From: Candidatus Levyibacteriota bacterium
GTDB taxonomy: Bacteria > Patescibacteriota > Microgenomatia > Levybacterales > GWA1-39-11
Length of the DNA: 64,000 bases
Direction: 5' to 3'
Assembly: GCA_036788695.1 (NCBI GenBank)
Contig: DAIQMY010000001.1
Location: 61,860 to 125,859, forward strand
A program made the position numbers and the translations under genes. The notes beneath the pieces were generated by a model. That model was not told where the DNA came from. It was given only the letters and a program-made list of their open reading frames with translations, and searched no databases. Below, in pieces: positions 27,412-37,006 of this stretch (positions are counted from its first letter, which is position 1; each line of letters begins with the position of its first letter).

Positions 27412-27912
27412 ATGACACAACAAATTACACCAAATCTTTGGTTTAACAATAACGCACAAGAAGCAATTAATTTTTATCTTTCAGTTTTTTCTCGCATGCC
27501 TGGTGACTTTAAAATATTAAATACTGACTACTACACAGAAGTAGGAGAAGAAATTACAGGACACAAAAAAGGAGACGTTGTGACGATTGAATTTGAGTTA
27601 TTAGGTATGAAGTTTGTGGCGATCAATGCTGGTCCAGAATTCGTATTTAACCCATCTATTTCTTTTTCAATTGAGTGTAAAACTCAGGAGGAAATCGACT
27701 ACTATTGGGAAAAGCTTTCAGCAAAGATGGAGGCAGAACAATGCGGATGGCTTCAGGATAAATACGGTCTTTCATGGCAAATAGTCCCTGAACATTTAAG
27801 TAAAATGTTAAAAGACGGAACACCCAAACAACGAAAACGCGTTACAGAAACATACATGCCGATGAAAAAAATGATTATAGCCGATCTTGAAAAGGCATAT
27901 GCTGAAAAGTGA
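27412..27912 (+). CDS. VOC-superfamily protein, PhnB-like (fourth VOC paralog in this neighbourhood)
   Basis: Starts MTQQITPNLWFNNNAQEAINFY, the typical PhnB-like N-terminus. Contains YGLSWQIVP. The ORF-track start at 27322 is probably an artefactual upstream extension. Confidence 0.55.
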   Translation: MTQQITPNLWFNNNAQEAINFYLSVFSRMPGDFKILNTDYYTEVGEEITGHKKGDVVTIEFELLGMKFVAINAGPEFVFNPSISFSIECKTQEEIDYYWEKLSAKMEAEQCGWLQDKYGLSWQIVPEHLSKMLKDGTPKQRKRVTETYMPMKKMIIADLEKAYAEK

Positions 27913-28042
27913 TTTGCATGTGAACTTTTTGAGTGGGGCAAGAAAGAAGTAAAGCAAGAACTGCAAGGATCAGTATAGTATTATTCCAAATAATCTTTGA
28001 GTTTTAGAGCCGAAGCAGCAGCGAGGTTCGCAAACTTAAGGC

Positions 28043-29137
28043 TTACTCTAAGTAGTCCTTAAGTTTATTGCCCCGGCTAGGATGTCTTAATTTTCGAAGC
28101 GCCTTTGCTTCAATCTGACGGATGCGCTCACGGGTAACCGCAAACATTCGCCCCACCTCTTCTAGCGTCTTTGGTTTTCCGTCTCGTAAACCGAATCTTT
28201 CTTCTAAAACGCGTCTTTCACGGTCAGATAATGTTCCCAATACTGAACCTAATTGTTCTTTGAGTAAACCGCGGGAAGCAGTATCAAAAAGAGTTGGTGC
28301 TGTAATATCATAAATAAAGTCTCCTAAGTACGAATCTTCCTCATCGCCTACCGGAGTATCTAATGAAGCGGGCTGTTGTGAGATTTTTATAATCTCCCGT
28401 GCTTTATCTGGATCTATTTCTAATATTTCAGAGATTTCTTCTGGGGTTGGCTGACGACCCAATTCCTGCATGAGTTTTCTTTGTACACGCATGAAACGGT
28501 TTATATTTTCAACCATATGTACCGGAATACGAATTGTTCTTGCCTGGTCAGCAATTGCGCGCGTTATAGCTTGTCTAATCCACCAGGTAGCATACGTGGA
28601 AAATTTGAAGCCTTTTTTCCAGTCATACTTTTCAACAGCACGAATAAGCCCCTGATTTCCTTCCTGGATAAGGTCCAAAAGCGTCATTCCTCGACCTACA
28701 TATTTTTTTGCAATAGAAACAACTAGTCTCAAGTTTGACTCAACAAGCTTTTTTCGCGCTTTAGGATCTCCCTTCTCAAACCGTTTTGCAAGATCAACTT
28801 CCTGTTCAAATGTGAGAAGTGGAATTCTTCCAATTTCCTTTAAATACATGCGTACAGGATCAGTAACCGCACCGCCTTGAATTATATTTAATGCCTCTAA
28901 TTCCCGCTCTAAATCCTCAATAGATTTCTGGTTTTCCTTTTCCTCCTCAACGGTTTCAAATATATCTATGCTCTTTTTTAAAAGCTGATCATATAGATAG
29001 TCTAGCTCTAGTACATGCTCTTCAGGCTTTGGAAATGTAAGAAGTATTTCATCCTGGGAAATATACCCTCTTTTTTTAGCTGTTGCAAGAAGTGTCGCGA
29101 CTCTATCACTCTTTGTAGGGTTTACTTTAGCTGTCAT
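28043..29137 (-). CDS. rpoD: RNA polymerase primary sigma factor (sigma-70 family, short Firmicute-like form)
   Basis: Region 2 [45 protein letters not shown]. Region 4 [15 protein letters not shown]. The ORF-track start at 29167 is a GTG; the ATG (MTAKVNPTK) is at 29137. Confidence 0.9.
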   Translation of the reverse strand: MTAKVNPTKSDRVATLLATAKKRGYISQDEILLTFPKPEEHVLELDYLYDQLLKKSIDIFETVEEEKENQKSIEDLERELEALNIIQGGAVTDPVRMYLKEIGRIPLLTFEQEVDLAKRFEKGDPKARKKLVESNLRLVVSIAKKYVGRGMTLLDLIQEGNQGLIRAVEKYDWKKGFKFSTYATWWIRQAITRAIADQARTIRIPVHMVENINRFMRVQRKLMQELGRQPTPEEISEILEIDPDKAREIIKISQQPASLDTPVGDEEDSYLGDFIYDITAPTLFDTASRGLLKEQLGSVLGTLSDRERRVLEERFGLRDGKPKTLEEVGRMFAVTRERIRQIEAKALRKLRHPSRGNKLKDYLE

Positions 29138-29154
29138 AATTATACGCAAAAATA

Positions 29155-29182
29155 CCAAAAACCCCACTCTTTATGGGGCTTT
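29155..29182 (-). terminator. Hairpin + U-run between dnaG and rpoD (partial terminator/attenuator)
   Basis: Minus-strand sense AAAGCCCCAtaaagagTGGGGTTTTTGG: a 5-bp GC stem followed by U5. Confidence 0.35.
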
Positions 29183-29221
29183 TGGGAAGTAAAATGATTG
29201 TACTCTTTTGTTTGTCTGCAG

Positions 29222-30997
29222 TCAAGCTGCACCATTTTCCTGAATTTTTCCGGTTAAGTGCGCGACCTCACTTTGAAGCATATCTACCTTCTTTGTATCC
29301 CGTGCGCGCTCTGCCTCAACCAATTCGCTGGCTATCTGTGTTATTCTCTTTTTTATAGCCAAACTCTTTTCCTCGATTGCTGTTTTTTTAAGTTCATACG
29401 TAAAATCTTTCTCTGAAAATTCCTGGATTGGAAACAAATATGCAGTGTCGTAAGCCTCTGTTAACTCTGGTGGAAGATTCCTTGAGAAATCTACTGGCTC
29501 AAATACGCCACCTTTCTCAGCATGTGTTTTCAAGCGCAGGAATAGCTTCTGATAGACAGGCATAACCCAAGCAACATCTGAAATAATTGAATCTACTGTT
29601 CGTATAGCCTCAAGCATATGGGGAGATTGCAGTATTAACGCAAACAGGTAGACTGAAATCACATCTTCACGTGTTTTTTTCTTGAGGTCTATGGGGAGGG
29701 TTTTTGTAACCTTTGCACTTTTCTCTTTCTCTGCTTGACGCAAAACTGCATCAAAACTTGTGTCAAGAGCCACGGCTAGCTTCTTCAGATAATGCTCTTT
29801 TATAACCTGATTATCTATTACAGATAGATAAGGAATTGTTTTTTCCAATATTGCTCTCTTCCCATCCGCGCTCTGCGGGTCTGACTGGGCAACTGCCGAG
29901 TCTATAATAAAGTCATATATATGAACGTCTTTTTTTAAGGCCTGCTTAAAGGCGATTGGGTCGGAGGATAATAACTCATCAGGATCTTTTCCTGTGGGAA
30001 GTACAATAACTGAAGCAACTATACCTGCGTTTTCTATCATCTGAATAGAACGTCTTTGCGCACTCGTTCCTGCAGGATCAGTATCAAAACAAAATACGAG
30101 TTTTTGAGCATACCTTTTTAATAGGTCTATCTGTTCCGGCGTTAATGCCGTACCCTTAACTGCAACCACATTCCCAATTCCCTCCCTATGCGCTGAAATT
30201 ACATCAAACTCCCCTTCCATAATAATCACCGCTCCTTCTTTTTTAATTTCGTCACGCGCAAGGTTCAATCCAAAAACAGTTTCTCCTTTCTTGTATAGCA
30301 TTGTCTCTTTCGTATTCACATACTTTGGCATCTGGTCAGAAGACAGCGATCTTCCGGAAAAGGCAATAATATTCCCCCTAGGATCAGTTATGGGGAACAT
30401 AATTCTATGCCTAAAAAAATCTATAACACGCGTACCTTGCCTAAATGCAAGTCCTGCGTCTACCAAATCCTGAGGCTGATACTTTTTTTTACTTAAAAGA
30501 AATTTGGCTAGCGAATCCCCAGTATTGGGCGCGTATCCTACCTGAAACGTTTTAAGAAGTGCCTCTTTCTGGTGTCTCTTTTTGGTCACATACTCCAAAG
30601 CCTGTTTCCCTACACTGTGAGAAAACAAAATATATTCATAGTACTGGGCTGCTAAAAGATTTAAGGAATACAGTAAGTCACGTTTCCGTTCAATTTCAGA
30701 ACGGGCAGCTGAAGTAGTTAGTTTAACCCCTGCCTTCTGTGCTAAAAACTTTAATGCATCCGCAAAAGTAGTCTTTTCATATTCCTCTACAAAAGTAAAC
30801 ACATCCCCACCTTTATTACATCCAAAACAATGCCAAATCTGCCTATCAGGGGACACCACAAAAGAAGGAGACTTTTCACTGTGAAAGGGGCATGGAGTTT
30901 TAAAGTTGCGTCCTGCCTTTTTAAGAGGGATATATGATTCGATTAACTCGACTATGTCTGTTTTTTGTTTTACTTTTGCAACATCATCCACGCCCAT
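29222..30997 (-). CDS. dnaG: DNA primase DnaG
   Basis: CHC2 zinc finger CPFHSEKSPSFVVSPDRQIWHCFGCNKGGD, TOPRIM domain (EGEFDV), C-terminal helicase-interaction region. Conserved dnaG-rpoD arrangement. Confidence 0.9.
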   Translation of the reverse strand: MGVDDVAKVKQKTDIVELIESYIPLKKAGRNFKTPCPFHSEKSPSFVVSPDRQIWHCFGCNKGGDVFTFVEEYEKTTFADALKFLAQKAGVKLTTSAARSEIERKRDLLYSLNLLAAQYYEYILFSHSVGKQALEYVTKKRHQKEALLKTFQVGYAPNTGDSLAKFLLSKKKYQPQDLVDAGLAFRQGTRVIDFFRHRIMFPITDPRGNIIAFSGRSLSSDQMPKYVNTKETMLYKKGETVFGLNLARDEIKKEGAVIIMEGEFDVISAHREGIGNVVAVKGTALTPEQIDLLKRYAQKLVFCFDTDPAGTSAQRRSIQMIENAGIVASVIVLPTGKDPDELLSSDPIAFKQALKKDVHIYDFIIDSAVAQSDPQSADGKRAILEKTIPYLSVIDNQVIKEHYLKKLAVALDTSFDAVLRQAEKEKSAKVTKTLPIDLKKKTREDVISVYLFALILQSPHMLEAIRTVDSIISDVAWVMPVYQKLFLRLKTHAEKGGVFEPVDFSRNLPPELTEAYDTAYLFPIQEFSEKDFTYELKKTAIEEKSLAIKKRITQIASELVEAERARDTKKVDMLQSEVAHLTGKIQENGAA

Positions 30998-31103
30998 ATT
31001 GTAGCATACGACTCAAAAGCTGAATCTGAACATAAATAATCTAGTCGACTTGAACGGAAAATTCATACTTGATACTTCGTATGTAATACTTAATACTAAA
31101 TTT

Positions 31104-32645
31104 ATGTTTGCGAAGGTGTTATCAAGCGCTGTCGTAGGACTGGATGGAGTTTTAGTTGAAGTAGAAACTGATATTTTAAACGGGCTTCCCGCATTTACCG
31201 TAGTTGGTCTTCCAGATAAAGCAGTTGAAGAATCAAAAGAACGTGTTAGATCAGCACTTAAAAATACAGGCGCTGACATTCCACCTAAAAGAATCACAGT
31301 AAACCTGGCACCCGGAGATTTACCTAAAGAAGGTCCATCTTTTGATCTGCCCATAGCAATCTCCATTCTTACTGCCTCAGAACAGATCCCAATCAAAAAA
31401 AATGAAGCTTATCTTTCAAATTCAATATTTTTAGGTGAATTGTCTCTTGACGGATCACTGCGTCATACAAAGGGAATTTTACCTATGGTGTTACTCGCAA
31501 AAGAGAAAAAGATTGAAAATGTTTTTATCCCCTATGCTAACGCTGCAGAAGCCAGCATGATCCAGGGTGTATCGTTATATCCCGCGAAAACACTCAAAGA
31601 TGTTTTTCTTCATGTTTCAGGGACTACTTTTATAGAAAAACTTACACATATTCCCTTTGAGGAAATTGAAAGCGAAGAACTGTATGAATTTGACCTAAAA
31701 GACATCAAGGGTCAGGAATTTGTAAAACGCGCGGTGGAAGTTGCTGTTTCCGGAGGGCATAATATTTTACTAAAAGGACCACCGGGAGCCGGGAAAACAT
31801 TACTTGCCAGAACTATCCCGTCTATTCTTCCAAATCTCACTTTTGATGAGGCAATAGAGGTAACCAAAATATACAGCATTTCAGGGCTGTTAAGCGAAAA
31901 CGCCATCATCAAACAACGCCCCTTCAGATCCCCCCATCATACAACCTCCCACATAGGGCTTATTGGAGGATCTGCAAATCCAAAACCAGGAGAAGTATCG
32001 CTTGCACACCGCGGAGTTTTATTCCTGGATGAATTCCCTGAATATCCCAGACACGTTTTGGAGGCTATGCGGCAGCCTATGGAAGACGGACACGTGATCA
32101 TCTCCAGGGCGCGTGAACGCGTTAAATTCCCAAGTCGTTTTATGCTTGTTGCAGCAGCCAATCCTTGCCCATGTGGATACTATGGCGACCATACTCGTAA
32201 GTGTAGCTGCACAACACTTCAAATCTTAAAATACCAAAAACGTGTCTCAGGTCCAATACTTGACCGTATAGATATTCATATAGATGTACCAGCCGTAAAT
32301 ATTTCTAAAATTACAGAAGATGATAATTCAACAGCAGAAACATCAAAAGTCGTTAGAAATCGCGTTGAGAAGGCAAGAAAGCGGCAATTAAAAAGGTTTC
32401 AAGGAAGAAAAATTATCACAAATTCAGATATGTCCGCAAAGGATATAAAAATACTCACACAAATAGACAAAGATGCAAAAGATATTTTACGAAATGCAGT
32501 GACAAAATTTTCTCTTTCAGCAAGGTCATATCACAAGGTTATAAAAGTTGCGCGAACAATTGCCGACCTCACAGAATCTGAAACCATAAAAAAGGAGCAC
32601 ATTTTAGAAGCACTTCACTATAGACCAAAAACCTCCAGCGAATGA
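31104..32645 (+). CDS. comM: YifB/ComM family Mg-chelatase-like AAA+ ATPase
   Basis: Starts MFAKVLSSAVVGLDG (typical YifB N-terminus). Walker A GPPGAGKT. Walker B LFLDEFPE. Zn-finger-like CPCGYYG. Confidence 0.85.
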   Translation: MFAKVLSSAVVGLDGVLVEVETDILNGLPAFTVVGLPDKAVEESKERVRSALKNTGADIPPKRITVNLAPGDLPKEGPSFDLPIAISILTASEQIPIKKNEAYLSNSIFLGELSLDGSLRHTKGILPMVLLAKEKKIENVFIPYANAAEASMIQGVSLYPAKTLKDVFLHVSGTTFIEKLTHIPFEEIESEELYEFDLKDIKGQEFVKRAVEVAVSGGHNILLKGPPGAGKTLLARTIPSILPNLTFDEAIEVTKIYSISGLLSENAIIKQRPFRSPHHTTSHIGLIGGSANPKPGEVSLAHRGVLFLDEFPEYPRHVLEAMRQPMEDGHVIISRARERVKFPSRFMLVAAANPCPCGYYGDHTRKCSCTTLQILKYQKRVSGPILDRIDIHIDVPAVNISKITEDDNSTAETSKVVRNRVEKARKRQLKRFQGRKIITNSDMSAKDIKILTQIDKDAKDILRNAVTKFSLSARSYHKVIKVARTIADLTESETIKKEHILEALHYRPKTSSE

Positions 32646-32679
32646 CTAGGACTTCATACAATTTGGTATACTGATAAAT

Positions 32680-34989
32680 ATGCCCTTAGACAATGTGCAG
32701 GGATTGTCTGCGTCACAAATCCCCGCCCTCCAAAAACAATTTGGAAAAAACTCTGTTGAAACAAAAGATTCGTTTTTTTTCCTAAAACTGCTTCTCTCAC
32801 AATATAAAGACATCACAACGCTCATACTCTTTCTTGCCGGAGTGTTCTCATACTTTATAGGCGATACCATAGACATGGTCTTTATCTTTATGGTTCTTGT
32901 CTTTAATGGTGTCTTTGGATTTATCCAAGAGTATAGGGCACATGACACAATTGGAAAGTTAAAGGAGCTAGTGTCCCCGATAGCACGCGTCATACGAGAC
33001 GGACAAGAAACGGAAATAGACGCGCGCTACATTGTCCCTTCAGATATCGTAGTCATTCGTGAGGGGGATAAGATACCCGCTGATGGAAAGCTCATCACGA
33101 ACGTGTCAATGGAGGTTGATGAATCTATACTTACAGGAGAATCAATATCTGTGGAAAAAGCATCAAATTCTCTCCTGTATTCCGGAACGTTTGTTGTGCG
33201 TGGCCGTGGAATGCTTTTAGTGGAAACTATTGGCTTTAAAACAAAGCTTGGTGAAATAGCATCTGAACTTGAGAACACTAAAAAACCGGAAATTCCACTT
33301 ACAAAAAATCTTTCATCGCTTAGTAAACGACTTGCTTTTGTGGCACTCATTTTATCTTTCGCACTCATACCCATAGGTTTTCTTCAAGGAAGGGATATAA
33401 CTCAAACAATTTTAATTTCAGTAAGCGTTGCGGTAGCTCTTATACCTGAAGGGCTTGCGTTAATAGTTACTGTCGGGCTTGCTGTTGGCGCATACAGAAT
33501 GGTTAAGAGAAAGACTATCATGCGTAAAATGGCTGCCGTTGAGACACTCGGAACAACAAACGTTATTTTGTCTGATAAAACCGGAACGCTTACTCAAAAT
33601 AAGATGAAGGTTAAAAAATTCTATCTTCATAATAAAGAGAAAGAAAACCTTTTCCTGAGATGCATGGTCTTAGGAAACACTGCAAATCTGGTGCTAAAAG
33701 AGGACGGAAATAGTTTTGAGATAACAGGAGACGGGACAGACGGCGCTCTTCTTGCGTTTGCTAGCGAGCAATCCCAAGATATTGAAAATCTTCAAAAAGA
33801 AGGAAAAATCATAGAAGAAAAACCTTTTAATCCGGAAACAAAAACTATTGAGGTTACTTGGGAAAATAATGATGAGCGGCACATTTTAGTAAGAGGTGCA
33901 CCAGAGACAATCCTTGCATTAACCAACGAACACGCAGAAGTTAAAAAATTATTAAGTGAATATGAAAAAGAAGGTCTCCGAGCAATTGCCTTTGCGGAAA
34001 AGTCACCCAAAAGCTCATATTTTACCCTGCTTGGAATTACGGCACTGTACGATGCTCCCAGAAAAGAAGCAGAACAGGCGATAAAAGAAGCACGAGATGC
34101 TGGAATTAAAATTGTAATGGTTACAGGAGACAATCCGGTTACAGCCAAAGCAATTGCTGAAGAAATTGGTCTTATCGCAGACGGAGAGTTGATAGTAACT
34201 CACGACGAATTGGGTAAAATGGGAGATCAAGAGATTCTTAAACTCCTACCCCGAGTTAAAATTTTTGCGCGCATGATTCCAACAGATAAGCTTCGCCTGG
34301 TAAGACTTTATAAACAAGCAGGGTTAATTGTTGCGGTAACAGGAGATGGAGTAAATGATGCGCTCGCACTTTCAGAAGCACATATTGGGATTGCCATGGG
34401 AAAAACAGGAACTGATGTTGCAAAAGAAGAAGCAGACATGATCATAACAGATGATAATTTGTATACCGTTATAAAAGCTGTTGAAGAAGGACGCGGGATC
34501 TATGAAAATATTGTTCGTGTAGTTATGTTTCTTTTCGCAACAAATCTTACGGAATTTGCACTCATATTATTTGCGGTTGCTTTCGCACTCCCGCTTCCTC
34601 TTACGCCAACTCAAATACTGTGGGTAAATCTTATTGGAGACGGGCTACCCGCTTTTGCACTCGCAATTGATAATAAGCGCAGAAATTTGCTAAAAAAGCG
34701 TCCAAGACCTGCGTCTGAACAAATACTAAATCGCAAGAGACTTCAATTTACTCTAACCATAACCGGAATTTTTTCCACAATATTAATCATACTTTTTATG
34801 CTAGCACTTCACTATAATTTTTATCCTGATGCGCTCGTCTTTAATCTTTTAGTAGTCGGTGAGATGATTATTGTGTTTATTATAAGAGGAGGCATTTTCC
34901 CCATAAATAGGTTCTTAATTCTATCAGTTGCGATAACTTTACTACTTCAGTATTTTGCGGCAACTCACTTTAGCGGATTCTTCCATTAA
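32680..34989 (+). CDS. P2-type cation-translocating P-type ATPase (Ca2+/SERCA-PMCA-like)
   Basis: TGES actuator motif, IPEGLALIV (PEGL) in TM4, DKTGTLTQN phosphorylation site, TGDNPVTA and hinge TGDGVNDALAL. Confidence 0.85.
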   Translation: MPLDNVQGLSASQIPALQKQFGKNSVETKDSFFFLKLLLSQYKDITTLILFLAGVFSYFIGDTIDMVFIFMVLVFNGVFGFIQEYRAHDTIGKLKELVSPIARVIRDGQETEIDARYIVPSDIVVIREGDKIPADGKLITNVSMEVDESILTGESISVEKASNSLLYSGTFVVRGRGMLLVETIGFKTKLGEIASELENTKKPEIPLTKNLSSLSKRLAFVALILSFALIPIGFLQGRDITQTILISVSVAVALIPEGLALIVTVGLAVGAYRMVKRKTIMRKMAAVETLGTTNVILSDKTGTLTQNKMKVKKFYLHNKEKENLFLRCMVLGNTANLVLKEDGNSFEITGDGTDGALLAFASEQSQDIENLQKEGKIIEEKPFNPETKTIEVTWENNDERHILVRGAPETILALTNEHAEVKKLLSEYEKEGLRAIAFAEKSPKSSYFTLLGITALYDAPRKEAEQAIKEARDAGIKIVMVTGDNPVTAKAIAEEIGLIADGELIVTHDELGKMGDQEILKLLPRVKIFARMIPTDKLRLVRLYKQAGLIVAVTGDGVNDALALSEAHIGIAMGKTGTDVAKEEADMIITDDNLYTVIKAVEEGRGIYENIVRVVMFLFATNLTEFALILFAVAFALPLPLTPTQILWVNLIGDGLPAFALAIDNKRRNLLKKRPRPASEQILNRKRLQFTLTITGIFSTILIILFMLALHYNFYPDALVFNLLVVGEMIIVFIIRGGIFPINRFLILSVAITLLLQYFAATHFSGFFH

Positions 34990-35654
34990 TGATCTACTAC
35001 AATTGAGTAGAGTCTCTCGTATGCTATTTTCGGGTCTTGAGCATTCCATATATATGAAGTTGCGACAAACCGTACCGCACCAGCACTTTTTCCAAATAAA
35101 ATAGTTGTGTCCTTTACCCCCCCATCTACCTCTATGGGAATCTGAGAACGTGTTTTAATCAGCCTTACCTTATCAAGCTTTCTCTCATCAAATTGCGCAC
35201 CTGTAAACCCGACTTGTTGACATGTATAAACAGTTACACAGTCTAGGTCAGAAAGCGGAATGGTATCTATAATTGACTTATCAGTTGGACCATCTAATGC
35301 GATCCCTACTTCACCGTACAGCTGTGCTTCTGCTACAAAATCAGAAATACTTGGCATCTTCTCTATATGCCCTAAAAATCTCTTAAAACCTGCGTCAGCA
35401 AAAGGCTTTAGGTATTTTATCGGATCTTCCACCATCATGTGAACTTCCAAAATCAAATCCTTTGCATATTTGGCAAATGGCGCAGGATCCATAAAGGTAG
35501 TGTTGCTTGCAAATTTCCCATCTATCAAGTCTATATGAACGGTTTTTGCAAAACCCTTTGCCCGTTCAAGTTTTTCCTCAATGGGGCCCCACTCTTTTTC
35601 AAGAATTCCCGGCACTATTTCATATACATATTCTTCAACTGTTAATTCCTCCAT
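34986..35654 (-). CDS. rpe: Ribulose-phosphate 3-epimerase
   Basis: HIDLIDGKF (HxDxMDGxF-like) and IEVDGGV motifs. ~222-aa TIM-barrel size. Confidence 0.75.
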   Translation of the reverse strand: MEELTVEEYVYEIVPGILEKEWGPIEEKLERAKGFAKTVHIDLIDGKFASNTTFMDPAPFAKYAKDLILEVHMMVEDPIKYLKPFADAGFKRFLGHIEKMPSISDFVAEAQLYGEVGIALDGPTDKSIIDTIPLSDLDCVTVYTCQQVGFTGAQFDERKLDKVRLIKTRSQIPIEVDGGVKDTTILFGKSAGAVRFVATSYIWNAQDPKIAYERLYSIVVDH

Positions 35655-35663
35655 TTTTTTATA

Positions 35664-36116
35664 TTATGCTCCCGTTTCAAGGCTTTTGATTTTCTCAATT
35701 CGTCTTATGTGCCGCTCTTCTTTGGAAAAAGGCGTTTTAAGAAATGTTGTAAGAAGAGTCTCAAGATCTTCTCCTTTTATAAAATCTAATCCGATTGACA
35801 TAACATTTGCGTCGTTGTGCTCCCGCGCAAGCTGCACATTTTGCCTGTTTACCGCTAAAAATGCTCGAATTCCGTTAATTTTATTTGCCGCAATGCACTC
35901 ACCTGCACCTGACTTTCCAAAGACAACACCAAAAGATCCAGCTTCAGAAGCTACCTTACGCGCTGCTTCCGCGCAAAAATCTGGGTAGTCATCATCCTTA
36001 TCATAGGAAAAGGCACCACAATCTATTGGGTCATAACCTATTTTTTTAATAATCGGTTTAAGACGCTCCTTATAGGCAAATCCTGCGTGATCTGTTCCCA
36101 AATATACCTTTATCAT
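35664..36116 (-). CDS. rpiB: Ribose-5-phosphate isomerase B (RpiB/LacA/LacB family)
   Basis: MIKVYLGTDHAGF...GKSGAGECIAANK, the characteristic RpiB core. 150 aa. Confidence 0.85.
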   Translation of the reverse strand: MIKVYLGTDHAGFAYKERLKPIIKKIGYDPIDCGAFSYDKDDDYPDFCAEAARKVASEAGSFGVVFGKSGAGECIAANKINGIRAFLAVNRQNVQLAREHNDANVMSIGLDFIKGEDLETLLTTFLKTPFSKEERHIRRIEKIKSLETGA

Positions 36117-37000
36117 AGTACCGCTCTCCCGGTAGACCCGAATATATCCATTCTTTCTTCTACTACTTTTTGCACCTCATCCTCAACTGGCTTCATAAGT
36201 TTTACGACAGCATATTCGTCTGGATTATCCTTCAGCTGATGTTCAAGTTCTGTTCTAAAGGCGTAACGCATGTCTGAATTTATATTTATCTTACTTACCC
36301 CAACCTCAATTGCCTGCTTAAAATATTCCGAAGGAGTTCCCGACCCCCCGTGAAGACTTATTGCGCAGGACAGCACTGCCCGAATTTGCCTCAATAACTC
36401 AATATCAAGTACTTTAGGAACAGGATATTTACCATGAAGATTCCCGATTGCAGCAGCAAATGTATCTATTCCTGTTGCCTCTACAAATTCTCTTGCTCCC
36501 GCTGGAGTGCTAAATGTTTTTTTAATCTCATCGTAGTCAATTTCATCATGGTGTACGTTTGAACTACCCCCAAAATAATGAGGCTCACTTTCAACTAACG
36601 CTCCCGTGGTTTTTGCGTACTCAACTACTTCTTTTGTAGCCGCAATAATTTCAGAAAGTGTTGCTTCCTTTTTTTCTTGAGACAAATCTATGTGAATAAA
36701 TTCAAATCCGGCATCAATCCCTGCTTTTGCTGCTTCAACTGAGGGTGAATGATCTAAGTTAACATACATCTCTATACCATATTCTTTTTTATAGTTGTCA
36801 ACTAGGCAACGAACATTTGCAAGCCCCATAGCCTCAACCTCTCCATGCGAAAGTTCCACTAACACCGGAGAATTTTTATTTTTAGCAGCACGAGCTATTG
36901 CTATAAGTGTTTCTTGATTATCTATATTAAATGCGCCTACAGCAAATTTTTCTTCACGTGTCCGAATCCAAAGAGAGCGGGCTGAGTCTTGATTAGTCAT
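36113..37000 (-). CDS. fba: Class II fructose/ketose-bisphosphate aldolase
   Basis: AVGAFNIDNQE N-terminus, LDHS, HGGSG zinc/phosphate-binding motifs. Confidence 0.8.
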   Translation of the reverse strand: MTNQDSARSLWIRTREEKFAVGAFNIDNQETLIAIARAAKNKNSPVLVELSHGEVEAMGLANVRCLVDNYKKEYGIEMYVNLDHSPSVEAAKAGIDAGFEFIHIDLSQEKKEATLSEIIAATKEVVEYAKTTGALVESEPHYFGGSSNVHHDEIDYDEIKKTFSTPAGAREFVEATGIDTFAAAIGNLHGKYPVPKVLDIELLRQIRAVLSCAISLHGGSGTPSEYFKQAIEVGVSKININSDMRYAFRTELEHQLKDNPDEYAVVKLMKPVEDEVQKVVEERMDIFGSTGRAVL

Positions 37001-37006
37001 GAGTTT

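Noticed and set aside
29131-29146. TATAAT hexamer immediately 5' of the rpoD ATG as the rpoD promoter
   Set aside because: Only 1 nt separates it from the ATG, so the predicted +1 would fall inside the coding sequence. It is more likely fortuitous in AT-rich DNA. The real promoter is probably upstream of or within the dnaG-rpoD hairpin region.
31013-31396. Antisense ORFs inside comM. The same class occurs inside the P-type ATPase (33027..34230), rpe/rpiB (35260..35988), gap (43194..43559), PBP1A-2 (48014..48398), cvpA-CAP (50035..50464), the 271-aa hypothetical (21839..22271) and the repeat protein (15208..16131).
   Set aside because: All lie opposite strongly supported genes, have low-complexity or odd composition, and lack independent start or SD context. 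They are judged to be shadow ORFs.
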